From a virus: a stretch of 64,000 bases of DNA. The position numbers were made by a program, and so were the translations under genes. Every line of letters begins with the position of its first letter. The stretch's first letter is position 1. The stretch lies in the IMG/VR virus record IMGVR_UViG_3300047548_001509, positions 1 to 64,000 of that record; one strand, given 5' to 3'. The notes under the pieces were generated by a model that was not told the DNA's origin, ran no database searches, and saw nothing but the letters and a program-made list of their open reading frames with translations. Below, piece after piece: positions 1 through 9,106 of this stretch.

Positions 1-1
1 T

Positions 2-265
2 AAGAGAAAGAAAGAATACATTTTCAAAATCTTCGAAAATAAATCTGCAAAGATTATCGAAGAAAACTTTGATTACACCTCAAAGCTCTTTGATAAGAAA
101 GAGCAAGAGAGATTAGAAGTAATCAGAGAAGAAGCTTTCACATCTCGAGTAGCTCAACATGATGCACCAAAAGTCATCAAAGAGAGCACTCAAGGTAAGA
201 AAAAAGAGGTTTCGCCTGAACCGCTTATGAATGAGTACGTCTCAGTCCTAGGAGGAGGAAGGTAA
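2..265 (+). CDS. gp22: Prohead core scaffold protein, C-terminal part (runs off window start)
   Basis: Open frame 2..265 (KRKKEYIFKIFENK...EPLMNEYVSVLGGGR*), charged and helical, ending in an M-x-x-Y motif directly upstream of gp23 as in T4-like gene order. Confidence 0.6.
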   Translation, partial: KRKKEYIFKIFENKSAKIIEENFDYTSKLFDKKEQERLEVIREEAFTSRVAQHDAPKVIKESTQGKKKEVSPEPLMNEYVSVLGGGR

Positions 266-340
266 AATTTCCAACATGAGGTCAATAGACCTGAGCTGCT
301 TGGGGTAAATCCCATGAGATAAAGAAAAGATAAATAGCCT

Positions 341-1819
341 ATGAAAAACAAATCAGACTTCATCAACAAAGATATGGCAGATGTGCTTCTCGAAAAGTGG
401 AAACCAGTTCTTGACTATAAGTCAGACACGGTTGCTCCTATCGAGAATGATTACAATCGCTACGCTACTGCAGTTCTCCTTGAGAACCAAGAGCGCTGGT
501 GCTTGAACGAAGCTAATATCGCAGGTGGTACTTCATCAGTATTTGGATCAGTTAACTCTGGTGCTTATGGTGGTGCTGTTAATACTGGCGACAATTACGC
601 TACGGGTGATCAACGTCTTCCTAAGATTCTTATTCCGATGATCCGCAGAACGTTCCCAGAACTCATCACAAATGAGCTTGTGGGTGTTCAGCCTATGACT
701 GGTCCAGTTGGCCTCGCATTTGCTCTTCGTTACAAGTATGGTTCTACTACCCTCGGTGGTGGTAACTATACCGACGGATACAATAGCGGTGGTTCTCCAG
801 CTTCTGTTTCAGGTGCAGCACACAACCAACAAGCCGTCTCGTACGGTTCTGGTAACGGCGCAAATGAACTCGGCTGGCAACATCTTGACACACGCTTCAC
901 TGGTACTTCTGCTGCTGCCCTCTCGGGTGATGCAACGTACTGGGATTTCGTGAACCAAGATATGGGTGTCGCAGAACTTCTTAAGAACTACGAGATCAAT
1001 TCCAACATTCCTACAGTAGAGGTTTCTTTCGAGAAAACCGCTGTTGAAGCTGGTACTCGTCGTCTTGGAGCTCGTTGGTCTATCGAACTTGAACAAGATC
1101 TCAAAAATATGAATGGTATCGATATCGATGCTGAACTTACAAATGCAATGTCATATGAAGTTCAAGCAGAAATCGATCGCGAGATGATCATTCGTATGAT
1201 CCAAGCCAGCTTAAATGGTGGTTTTGGACAAGGTTTCTCAGTTTGGTCACCAGCATCTGCCGACGGTCGTTGGCTCGCTGAGCGTAATCGTGACTTCTAT
1301 CAAAAGCTTATCATCGAAGCTAACCGCATTGCTGTTCGTAACAGACGTGGGGCAGCAAACTTCATCGTTGCAACACCACGTGTGTGCGCAATTCTTGAAA
1401 TGCTCCCTGAGTTCCAGTGGATGTCAGTAAACGGATCCGTCAATACCCAAGGTATTGGTGTTTCTAAGGTTGGTAACCTCGGTGGTCGCTTTACAGTTTA
1501 TCGTGATACCCGTACAGAGGCACAGAACTCTACGTACTATGGTAACAACGGTTATACTGGTGGTGGAACAACTCCTGAATACGCATTGCTTGGATACAAA
1601 GGTCCAGAATTCTATGATACAGGTATTATCTATTGCCCATATATTCCAATTATGGTTCAACGCACAATCGGTCCTAACGACTTCGCACCACGTGTGGGTC
1701 TTATGACACGTTATGGTGTTGTCAATAATATTTTTGGAGCGGCCCTATACTACCACACTGTTTTCGTAACTGGACTCGGTGTCGCGTTCACGCCTGGTAG
1801 TACTTCGGTTTATATGTAA
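341..1819 (+). CDS. gp23: T4-like major capsid protein
   Basis: Motifs LLEKWKPVL, AVLLENQ, LIPMIRR, GVQPMTGPVGLAFALR, WSIELEQDL, YCPYIP, PRVGLMTRYG. Confidence 0.98.
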   Translation: MKNKSDFINKDMADVLLEKWKPVLDYKSDTVAPIENDYNRYATAVLLENQERWCLNEANIAGGTSSVFGSVNSGAYGGAVNTGDNYATGDQRLPKILIPMIRRTFPELITNELVGVQPMTGPVGLAFALRYKYGSTTLGGGNYTDGYNSGGSPASVSGAAHNQQAVSYGSGNGANELGWQHLDTRFTGTSAAALSGDATYWDFVNQDMGVAELLKNYEINSNIPTVEVSFEKTAVEAGTRRLGARWSIELEQDLKNMNGIDIDAELTNAMSYEVQAEIDREMIIRMIQASLNGGFGQGFSVWSPASADGRWLAERNRDFYQKLIIEANRIAVRNRRGAANFIVATPRVCAILEMLPEFQWMSVNGSVNTQGIGVSKVGNLGGRFTVYRDTRTEAQNSTYYGNNGYTGGGTTPEYALLGYKGPEFYDTGIIYCPYIPIMVQRTIGPNDFAPRVGLMTRYGVVNNIFGAALYYHTVFVTGLGVAFTPGSTSVYM

Positions 1820-1854
1820 GCTTTAGAACTGTATAACAAACATTTATTGTTTTG

Positions 1855-1887
1855 TGCTAGAGGGATTGCTACCTCTAGCATTTTTTT
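1855..1887 (+). terminator. Rho-independent terminator after gp23
   Basis: TGCTAGAGG-gattgcta-CCTCTAGCA stem followed by T7. Confidence 0.9.
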
Positions 1888-1900
1888 CAACACATTGCAG

Positions 1901-1928
1901 TTGAATAATATGTTTGAGACTATATAAT
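1901..1928 (+). promoter_or_regulatory. Sigma70-like promoter, 16-nt spacer
   Basis: TTGAAT-N16-TATAAT, 5 nt before ATG 1934. Confidence 0.6.
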
Positions 1929-1933
1929 ATTAT

Positions 1934-3547
1934 ATGCATTTTATAATTAAAACGAAAATTGAAACGTATTTAATCAATAATAATAGATCTTTTACTACAC
2001 CTCGTATACAAAATATAGATAAGATTTATAAATTACTAACACCTGAAGAGATTATATTCTTTGATGATTTTACAAAGGAATATAATGATAATTCCCGAAA
2101 GGTTGTTGCGTTTATCACAAACCAACCTAATAGACATAAATGTATTTGTGGTTCCTTTACTAAGTGGAATTCATCAACAGGTGAATATATGAAATATTGC
2201 TCTAGAAAATGTACCTGGGATGATAATGAAAATGTCCAGAAAGTGAAGAAAGAAACAAACATTAAGAAGTACGGGACTACAAATGTTCTAGCTAGTGCAT
2301 ATGGTAAAGAGAAAGCAAAGAAGACTCATCTTGAAAAGTATGGTGTAGAACATTATAACAAGACCCAGGAATATAAAGACCGGTTAGCATCAGGTGAAAT
2401 CATTAGACCTGAGACTTCTTATATTAAACAAAGTATTACAAAACGACGTAAGCATTATGATAATGTAATTACAAAGCACCCGAACGTTGAATGTATGTTT
2501 TCTTTTGATGATTATAAAGGATCTGGAGGATACAATAAACATCCCTGGCGGTGTAAAAAATGCGGTAAAGACTTTCAGTGTTATATTAACCCAAATACAC
2601 CTTTAGAGTGCCCATTTTGTGCCCCGAAAGGAACCAAACATGAGCAATTAATTAAGGATTTTCTTACAAAGCATGGTATCAGACATTATGATAGATACCG
2701 CAAACTACTACGTACTGTCGATGGTAAAACCAAAGAGTTAGATTTCTATCTTCCTGATCACAATTTAGGTATCGAAGTACATGGTCTTTATTGGCATTCA
2801 GAATTAAAGATCAATAAAAATCACGATGTAAACAAACTTAATTTATGTGAACAAAATGGCACTCGTTTGATATCAATATTTGATGATGAAATTTTTAATA
2901 AACAGCAAATTGTGTTTAACCGATTGAAATCAATTCTAGGTAAAACAAAATATAAGATATTTGCCCGTAAATGTGTAATTAAGAGTTTAAACTTTAAAGA
3001 AAAAGGCCGGTTTCTTAATAAGTATCACATTCAAGGAGATACAACCTCAACACATAACTATGGTCTTTACTATAAAAATAGATTAGTTGCTGTGTGTACG
3101 TTTAATAAAACCAGACAAATGTTTAAAACAACTACCAATAAGGTTGAAAACGAATTTGAACTTGTACGATATTGCACGGTCGGTTCTTTTTCGATAGTGG
3201 GTGGTTGTGGTAAAATGTTCAAACACTTTCTTAAAGATATAAACCCTTCTCAGGTTATATCCTATTGTGATCGTCGGTGGTCTCAAGGTAATATGTACAA
3301 ACAATTAGGCTTTAAATTACAAACTATTACACAACCTAATTACTGGTATACACATATGAGCTCTTGTAAAGAGAGATACTCACGATATATGTTTCAAAAA
3401 CACAAATTAAAGCAAATTCTTGAAAATTATAACGAAACACTCTCAGAACATCAAAATATGAGAAATAATAAATATATCAGAGTATACGATTGTGGGTCTT
3501 ATAAATTTGTCTATAAGACCCACAATCAAACTTCTGCGGGAGATTAA
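1934..3547 (+). CDS. Putative free-standing homing endonuclease (Vsr/PD-(D/E)XK-like) with KYG repeats, Zn ribbon and C-terminal GNAT/Mom-like domain
   Basis: KKYGTTNV/EKYGVEHY repeats; CKKC..CPFC; ELDFYLPDHNLGIEVHGLYWHS; C-terminal FARKC..FLNKYHIQG..ELVRYC..ISYCDRRWSQGNMYKQLGF. Confidence 0.7.
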   Translation: MHFIIKTKIETYLINNNRSFTTPRIQNIDKIYKLLTPEEIIFFDDFTKEYNDNSRKVVAFITNQPNRHKCICGSFTKWNSSTGEYMKYCSRKCTWDDNENVQKVKKETNIKKYGTTNVLASAYGKEKAKKTHLEKYGVEHYNKTQEYKDRLASGEIIRPETSYIKQSITKRRKHYDNVITKHPNVECMFSFDDYKGSGGYNKHPWRCKKCGKDFQCYINPNTPLECPFCAPKGTKHEQLIKDFLTKHGIRHYDRYRKLLRTVDGKTKELDFYLPDHNLGIEVHGLYWHSELKINKNHDVNKLNLCEQNGTRLISIFDDEIFNKQQIVFNRLKSILGKTKYKIFARKCVIKSLNFKEKGRFLNKYHIQGDTTSTHNYGLYYKNRLVAVCTFNKTRQMFKTTTNKVENEFELVRYCTVGSFSIVGGCGKMFKHFLKDINPSQVISYCDRRWSQGNMYKQLGFKLQTITQPNYWYTHMSSCKERYSRYMFQKHKLKQILENYNETLSEHQNMRNNKYIRVYDCGSYKFVYKTHNQTSAGD

Positions 3548-3624
3548 TATTATGTTCTCACAACTTCGGTTATTTTATATCCAATTCTCCAAAAGTATAC
3601 ACCGAAGAAATTATTCAAGGCATT

Positions 3625-3663
3625 AATACCACCTATAGAGATATTAGCCCTATAGGTGGTATT
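3625..3663. repeat. 14-bp perfect inverted repeat, possible bidirectional terminator between convergent genes
   Basis: AATACCACCTATAG-N11-CTATAGGTGGTATT. Confidence 0.7.
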
Positions 3664-3759
3664 CAAATATCCTCGTATCTTTTATTTCTTTACTTAGATT
3701 AATTTCTAGAGAACATGCACACGAATTCAAAATAACAATACTATTGTATAGATTATTCT

Positions 3760-3975
3760 TCATTTTAATAATAAATGCGCACGTATTTCTTCGCTTATAT
3801 CGTAATACATTAGCTTACATGGTATTCCTATACTTGTCTCAAATTTTGAGCATACTGGAAGACGTACATTACTAGCCGATTTTGCAATAATGTAATTATC
3901 TATTTCATGTAAAACCTTTTTATAATTTACAATGCATATACCAAGAGACTTATATAAATTATTTTTATTTTTCAT
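3760..3975 (-). CDS. Small hypothetical protein
   Basis: ATG-started 71-aa ORF overlapping the next small ORF. Confidence 0.5.
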   Translation of the reverse strand: MKNKNNLYKSLGICIVNYKKVLHEIDNYIIAKSASNVRLPVCSKFETSIGIPCKLMYYDISEEIRAHLLLK

Positions 3976-4168
3976 ACCATTTTGTTGTTATGCATGATCT
4001 TACCCTGAGATATACTTCATCTATACCGGTTCGCACCACATCAAAAACATCATCTAAAACATCATCCATTAATGGTCTATTATAGTACTCATCAATAAAC
4101 TTCATATTTGGTCCGAGTACATGATAATATATTTGTGGGTATAAGTCTAAACTTGCGTATATTTTCAT
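3965..4168 (-). CDS. Small hypothetical protein
   Basis: ATG-started 67-aa ORF. Confidence 0.5.
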   Translation of the reverse strand: MKIYASLDLYPQIYYHVLGPNMKFIDEYYNRPLMDDVLDDVFDVVRTGIDEVYLRVRSCITTKWYEK

Positions 4169-4210
4169 AAGAGTTTATTTTGTAGGGTTCGCTAAAAAAA
4201 GAGTTGAATC

Positions 4211-4218
4211 TATAAATA
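4211..4218 (+). promoter_or_regulatory. T4-type late promoter
   Basis: TATAAATA 5 nt before ATG 4224; gp55 is encoded in the window. Confidence 0.75.
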
Positions 4219-4223
4219 TATAC

Positions 4224-4598
4224 ATGACAAATTTTACATCGCAAGTTTTCGACCCTGTTCGTTTTAACCCAGCACCGACAACTATTTCTCTCTCAGCTAA
4301 TTCAGTTCATCTTGTTTCAACAGGTACTGTAAATAGTGTTCAAGTTAAAGGTGTTGCTTTTAATCCGGTTACACCTACGACTGGTATTTACAGAACATTA
4401 TCAGCATTTAATGGTACGCAAATTAATGTTGATCAAGCATATTTTGGGTCTCAAATGGCTCTTATATTTGAAAATGGTACATCATCACTTTTTACGGTTG
4501 TAACCGGTGCATCGACAACCGTTCAGGTTCTTACTGCAGCACAGTCAAGTGATGTAAATTACCCTGAATTGCGCCGCAAGAGATTACTTGAGTTTTAA
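4224..4598 (+). CDS. Probable small virion protein
   Basis: Late promoter; S/T/V/G-rich beta-type composition. Confidence 0.6.
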   Translation: MTNFTSQVFDPVRFNPAPTTISLSANSVHLVSTGTVNSVQVKGVAFNPVTPTTGIYRTLSAFNGTQINVDQAYFGSQMALIFENGTSSLFTVVTGASTTVQVLTAAQSSDVNYPELRRKRLLEF

Positions 4599-4602
4599 TT
4601 AT

Positions 4603-4914
4603 ATGGCAGTATTAAGGCATGTATACTCATTTATTGTGTCACCTCTCATGAGGCTGATCGTATATGTCTTACTTGCTTTAATTACTACTCTTCTTGGTGA
4701 AATTCAAGATATTACTTCAGAGCAAGCTCTACTATATACCTGGTGGGATTGGTTTAAAACCTTTTTAGTTGTTACCGTTCCACCGCTCATTGTAGTAAGA
4801 GCTTTTATTGATAGTTCTTTAGCTCGAAAAGATAACGAGCTAGCTCCATTACCTGAACCGGTTTCTGAAAAGCTAGCCCGTAAGAAGACAACTAAAAAGA
4901 CACCAACGAAGTAA
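4603..4914 (+). CDS. Two-TM membrane protein (holin-like candidate)
   Basis: Two hydrophobic segments and a basic C-terminal tail; ATG at 4603 preferred over the TTG at 4588. Confidence 0.5.
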   Translation: MAVLRHVYSFIVSPLMRLIVYVLLALITTLLGEIQDITSEQALLYTWWDWFKTFLVVTVPPLIVVRAFIDSSLARKDNELAPLPEPVSEKLARKKTTKKTPTK

Positions 4915-4915
4915 T

Positions 4916-5836
4916 TTATTGCCGTGGTGTTTTAATGTGGTATCGCATTGGATCGCATAACTCGTAGTTTAGTAGATCTTCGCCTGTTGCTCTCTGTGGA
5001 CAGATATCAATTCCTCCGCGACGAGTATAAAGACACATTACATGTAGATCTGTTACATTTTCAAACGCGTTCAACCTTGTAAATATTGTTTCACAAATTT
5101 CTTCATGAAAGTGACATTCGTCTCTGAATGAAACAATATACTTTAAGAGTGAAACGTAATCAGGTTCCAAAGTAGATGTAAAAGAGATATAAACATCACC
5201 AAAATCTGGTTGAGAAGTTACACGACAATTACTCTTCAATAGAGAGCTATGAATTTTATAATGCTTTTTCTTTCTTTGAGATAAAAGGTTGAAAGCAATT
5301 AAACCAGGTTCTTCTTTGAAAACTGTAAATTCAACTCCTTCTCCAAGATTATCTATAGTAGTATAACCACTTTGCCATTCTTCTTGAGGTGAGCTAGTTC
5401 CAGATGCAAAAGCTTCTTGTGATGAATATACCGCAACAGATACTTGAGTTTCTAACAAATCAGACAAATCTCTTTCAGCATAGTATTTGATATTTTCAAA
5501 CACACTATTAATTGTTGGACCCATCTTTGTCATATTGAATGAATTAAAGTACAACTTAATAGACTTTGATTCAACAATATATGGGTTATCACAGCTGTAA
5601 ACCAGTTTAATGATACCAGTTACAGGCAACCCACTATCAGTTAATGCTGAAATTTCATATGCATTCCATGTATCGTATCCAACAAATGGAAGTTTATCTT
5701 CTTTGATACCTAGATGAACTCTATTAGAAGAGCGTGGTTCACGAACTAATAGAGTTGGGTCGTATTGAGAAGCATAAGCAGAAGATTTACCAAGGTGCTT
5801 TGAGATGTTTGAATTGTCTAATTCTTTAAGAGCCAT
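4916..5836 (-). CDS. queF: NADPH-dependent 7-cyano-7-deazaguanine (preQ0) reductase, bimodular QueF
   Basis: QueF motif VESKSIKLYFNSF; LKSNCRVTSQPDFG with catalytic Cys; FHEEICE; YTRRGGIDI. Confidence 0.95.
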   Translation of the reverse strand: MALKELDNSNISKHLGKSSAYASQYDPTLLVREPRSSNRVHLGIKEDKLPFVGYDTWNAYEISALTDSGLPVTGIIKLVYSCDNPYIVESKSIKLYFNSFNMTKMGPTINSVFENIKYYAERDLSDLLETQVSVAVYSSQEAFASGTSSPQEEWQSGYTTIDNLGEGVEFTVFKEEPGLIAFNLLSQRKKKHYKIHSSLLKSNCRVTSQPDFGDVYISFTSTLEPDYVSLLKYIVSFRDECHFHEEICETIFTRLNAFENVTDLHVMCLYTRRGGIDICPQRATGEDLLNYELCDPMRYHIKTPRQ

Positions 5837-5842
5837 ATAGAT

Positions 5843-5870
5843 ATTATATAATATTATTTGAGATATTCAA
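5843..5870 (-). promoter_or_regulatory. Sigma70-like promoter of queF, 16-nt spacer
   Basis: TTGAAT-N16-TATAAT, 6 nt before ATG. Confidence 0.6.
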
Positions 5871-6441
5871 TAATTGTTTTCATTCTTTTATCAATTGATC
5901 CTTTTAATCTCACCACTTCAGTATGCCTTGAAACTTCAATAATAGAATTTTCAAACATTTCAATGATTTGATCTCTAAATGTTTTAGATGATGATCTCTC
6001 TCCATCATCAACTAGTTTTACATCAGTCGGGTCAGTATAAAAAATACAGTCGTAGCCGCCAATAAGTAGGTCAAATGTTTCGTATGCATAATCTAGCGTT
6101 TCTTTTGATACTTTTTCTTCATCTTCATGATATAGCCAATTTGTGTAAATTACACCATCCCATATACATCTATCCATCACAACACTCTTTGGTGTGAGAT
6201 AATTTGTACCAGCTGTAATAACATTTGCAACATCCATGTTGTCTTCATGTTGATTGATAATTGCACGTTGTGTCTTATCGTCTCCATCTTCATTGATTGT
6301 AAATCCTTTAGATCTCAGCTGTCTGGTGATTTCTGGAAAGTAAATAAGTCGATCTCCAAATTGCTTTTCAATGAGATCTAGAAGAGTAGATTTACCTGTT
6401 GATTGTGCCCCTGAAAAGGAGAATATTTTTCCTGTGTTCAT
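5854..6441 (-). CDS. P-loop nucleotide kinase (AAA_28 / dNMP kinase-like)
   Basis: Walker A SGAQSTGKST; MDRCIWD; DDGERS lid-like segment. Confidence 0.8.
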   Translation of the reverse strand: MNTGKIFSFSGAQSTGKSTLLDLIEKQFGDRLIYFPEITRQLRSKGFTINEDGDDKTQRAIINQHEDNMDVANVITAGTNYLTPKSVVMDRCIWDGVIYTNWLYHEDEEKVSKETLDYAYETFDLLIGGYDCIFYTDPTDVKLVDDGERSSSKTFRDQIIEMFENSIIEVSRHTEVVRLKGSIDKRMKTIIEYLK

Positions 6442-6442
6442 A

Positions 6443-7015
6443 TTAACAATATTTTTCGTATGTTCCTCTAATAAATTTTAGAAAATTGGTTGTATAAAAT
6501 GCTAAGCTTGGTCCTGATGATTTGGTATAACATACCATATACAGTGTATTGCTATCATCTACCATGGGGCATAACATCGGCGCAACAACAAACCAATACT
6601 TTTCATCTTTTGTCTTCATGAAAGGTATGAATTTCAATTTACTCCATACCTCCCAATTTTCAATATCACAAAACAAATAGATTGATCTGCAATTCAATTC
6701 AAAAGAACGCAACCAAATATCATTGAAAAGTTCTCGGAATAGTCCTTGTTTTCTAAATTTCGGAACCGTATAAGTGCGTTGGATATATAGAGATTTTTCT
6801 CCCGTGTAATCAGAGTGTGTTGTGTAATTATAAAATATAATACTTGCTAACTCTCCATCAATAGTTATACATCTCGGCGGGTAAGAAAACCACATATGCT
6901 TCTCATCCCAATTTGGTATATAATCTTCCTGAAATATCTGCTTCGTTTCATCGTCGCAGCTCTCTAACAAAAAGAGAAGCACATCTTTTTCTAAATGCAA
7001 AAACTTCTTACCCAT
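6443..7015 (-). CDS. GNAT-family N-acyltransferase
   Basis: Acyl-CoA-binding motif A LYIQRTYTVPKFRKQGLFREL; motif-B-like WSKLKF. Confidence 0.75.
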   Translation of the reverse strand: MGKKFLHLEKDVLLFLLESCDDETKQIFQEDYIPNWDEKHMWFSYPPRCITIDGELASIIFYNYTTHSDYTGEKSLYIQRTYTVPKFRKQGLFRELFNDIWLRSFELNCRSIYLFCDIENWEVWSKLKFIPFMKTKDEKYWFVVAPMLCPMVDDSNTLYMVCYTKSSGPSLAFYTTNFLKFIRGTYEKYC

Positions 7016-7016
7016 A

Positions 7017-7802
7017 TCAACGAACTATCTCTCTAAACTTCATAATGTTGAAATCGATTAATTTCTTCTGTTCATCTGTTAGAACAATTTCCAGATTATC
7101 AGCAAGAAGTCCTTTTGGCTTTTGATTTACTCCAAGTCCAGGTGCATATCTCATATTGTTAATACCACACATAATAGGGTTAGATGTATCTACACTTCTA
7201 ATAGACTGCGTAACATTTTTGTATATAGAAAACTCCTTAGGAAGGGAACATCCGAGAAGATGATGCGGTTTATTAGCTCTCCATATCCCATGTGTAATAA
7301 GATCTGAGATTAATCTTTGGCGTCCGGTACACATTTTTTCAAGCTTAGTACTACCCCGCCCCGTATATTGATAATAAGAATAATCAAAAGAAATAGCGAT
7401 GTAATCACAATTGAATGCCATAAACTCATAGCACTCAACAATCTCTTGATATGTTTTTCCTTGTACAACACCAATTTTAAATCCTGGAAGATCAGGATAT
7501 GTACTAGTGAACTGCTTATATAATTCAATAGTATGTTTAGTATCTTCTAAACTATCTGGTACAATGTAATGAGTGGGTCTGAGTTCTTTAATAATCTCTG
7601 CATATCTATTCAAATCAAATGCAACTCCAAGTTCAAAAATTGAATTATCAAGAAGTACCTCAATATTGTTTTGAACGCATCTCTTAAAATGGCTATAGTA
7701 TTCTGGATACTTATCACACAAATGAACGAGGCAATACTGGTAGTCGTTATAAATTATCGACTCTCTTAGAAGTTCTAGCGGCGATTCGTGTGATATAAGC
7801 AT
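7017..7802 (-). CDS. dpdA: TGT-fold guanine transglycosylase, DpdA-like (7-deazaguanine insertion)
   Basis: TGT barrel motifs LLDNS, IVPD, GVVQG, YIAISF, HHLLG, RSVDTS; same run of genes as queF. Confidence 0.75.
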   Translation of the reverse strand: MLISHESPLELLRESIIYNDYQYCLVHLCDKYPEYYSHFKRCVQNNIEVLLDNSIFELGVAFDLNRYAEIIKELRPTHYIVPDSLEDTKHTIELYKQFTSTYPDLPGFKIGVVQGKTYQEIVECYEFMAFNCDYIAISFDYSYYQYTGRGSTKLEKMCTGRQRLISDLITHGIWRANKPHHLLGCSLPKEFSIYKNVTQSIRSVDTSNPIMCGINNMRYAPGLGVNQKPKGLLADNLEIVLTDEQKKLIDFNIMKFREIVR

Positions 7803-7856
7803 ATTATAATTATAACAAATTTCCTAATTAAATCTATTGGTCTTAAATATGTTTAT

Positions 7857-8471
7857 ATGGGTTTGACAAATAGAGTAGTAAATTATAGTAGACAGATTAA
7901 TAATACATTTGATCAGTTTACATCTGTGGCCGCTGGAGCTCTTTGTTTGGGACGGTCTATTGTCTCTCTTATTACAAATCCTGGAGCAGCTATTGGTGGT
8001 ATAGGGCAGATTATTGCTAACTCTGTAATGGGTTCTATATCCGTGTTTAGTAATTTCTTAAGAGGTCAGCTAAACAGAATATTATATTCAACGTTTGGTA
8101 TAATTGTGGGTGCTCAGCAACTCATTATTGATGTGGCTCGTAGTATAAATTTCATTACGTCTGTTGTAACTAGTACCATACAATCTATATTTGCACGAGC
8201 TGATTATCTTAGAGGTTTAATTTCTGGTCAAGAAAATTGTCAGCATATTTTATCTTACATGATTTCTTGCTTTATGAATAAAACAAGCGGAATCACTAAC
8301 GATAAAAAGGCTTTACGAGCACTTAGTGACATTAATAACATTGAACAGTCAACATTAAATCTACTTTACGACACGTTCAAGCAAGATGATTTTAATAGGT
8401 TCGTTGATAAATACGAAAACGAAGCTTATAAGCTTCAAACACAAATCACAAAAACGAGACAGATTTTATAA
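7857..8471 (+). CDS. Hypothetical helical protein, probably tail/baseplate associated
   Basis: TAAATA 7 nt upstream; coupled to the gp5-like ORFs. Confidence 0.55.
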   Translation: MGLTNRVVNYSRQINNTFDQFTSVAAGALCLGRSIVSLITNPGAAIGGIGQIIANSVMGSISVFSNFLRGQLNRILYSTFGIIVGAQQLIIDVARSINFITSVVTSTIQSIFARADYLRGLISGQENCQHILSYMISCFMNKTSGITNDKKALRALSDINNIEQSTLNLLYDTFKQDDFNRFVDKYENEAYKLQTQITKTRQIL

Positions 8472-9106
8472 TGAATCCATCATATCTAACAAACGATACA
8501 GGGATAACAACTTATGGTGGTCTCTATAAGGGTATTATTATTGATACAAATAGTGAGCTTGGTCTTGTTAAATGTTTTGTTCCAGAAATTTATGGATATG
8601 ATATTAATGACATTGTGTCTCTAGACCAGCTGATACCATCCTTTGTTTACAAATTTCCTGGTAAAAATATTCAATCAAATTTAGACAGAAAAACCCTAGA
8701 CCAAATTAAAAATATACCCTGGGCCAGAATATCTGGTCCAATTATTGGTGATTGTTCTCCAGGTCGATATATTCCAGAAATAGACGCAGCTACTGTTGGT
8801 GATGGAACCAACCCTCTCAAGCTTATCACACCCGGGTCTGTTGAATCTGCAAAAGCTAAATCCTATAAACAGAACCCCCCAAAAGGTTCATCTGGGTTAG
8901 AAAATATGCTACCAAAACGCAATCCATATGAATATGCTTTTGGTCCAGAAAATTTTGATAATCTTCCAAAAGGTACATTTGGTATTCCTAACATTGGTGC
9001 TCAAGTTTGGGTTATGTTTGTACGTGGAGATCATAATTTTCCAGTCATTATGGGAAGTGCAAATAGTACTTTAGAATATTCACAAATTAATTACGATGCC
9101 AGATAA
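8471..9106 (+). CDS. gp5: Baseplate hub gp5-like N-terminal (OB-fold) protein
   Basis: YKGIIIDTN..GLVKCFVPEI..IPWA..FGIPNIGAQVWVMFVRGDHNFPVIMG. Confidence 0.8.
   Translation: MNPSYLTNDTGITTYGGLYKGIIIDTNSELGLVKCFVPEIYGYDINDIVSLDQLIPSFVYKFPGKNIQSNLDRKTLDQIKNIPWARISGPIIGDCSPGRYIPEIDAATVGDGTNPLKLITPGSVESAKAKSYKQNPPKGSSGLENMLPKRNPYEYAFGPENFDNLPKGTFGIPNIGAQVWVMFVRGDHNFPVIMGSANSTLEYSQINYDAR

Noticed and set aside
7017-7802. Canonical tRNA-guanine transglycosylase for queuosine
   Set aside because: Too short and lacks the C-terminal Zn-binding CxCxxC..H motif of bacterial Tgt; context favours a DpdA-like enzyme.
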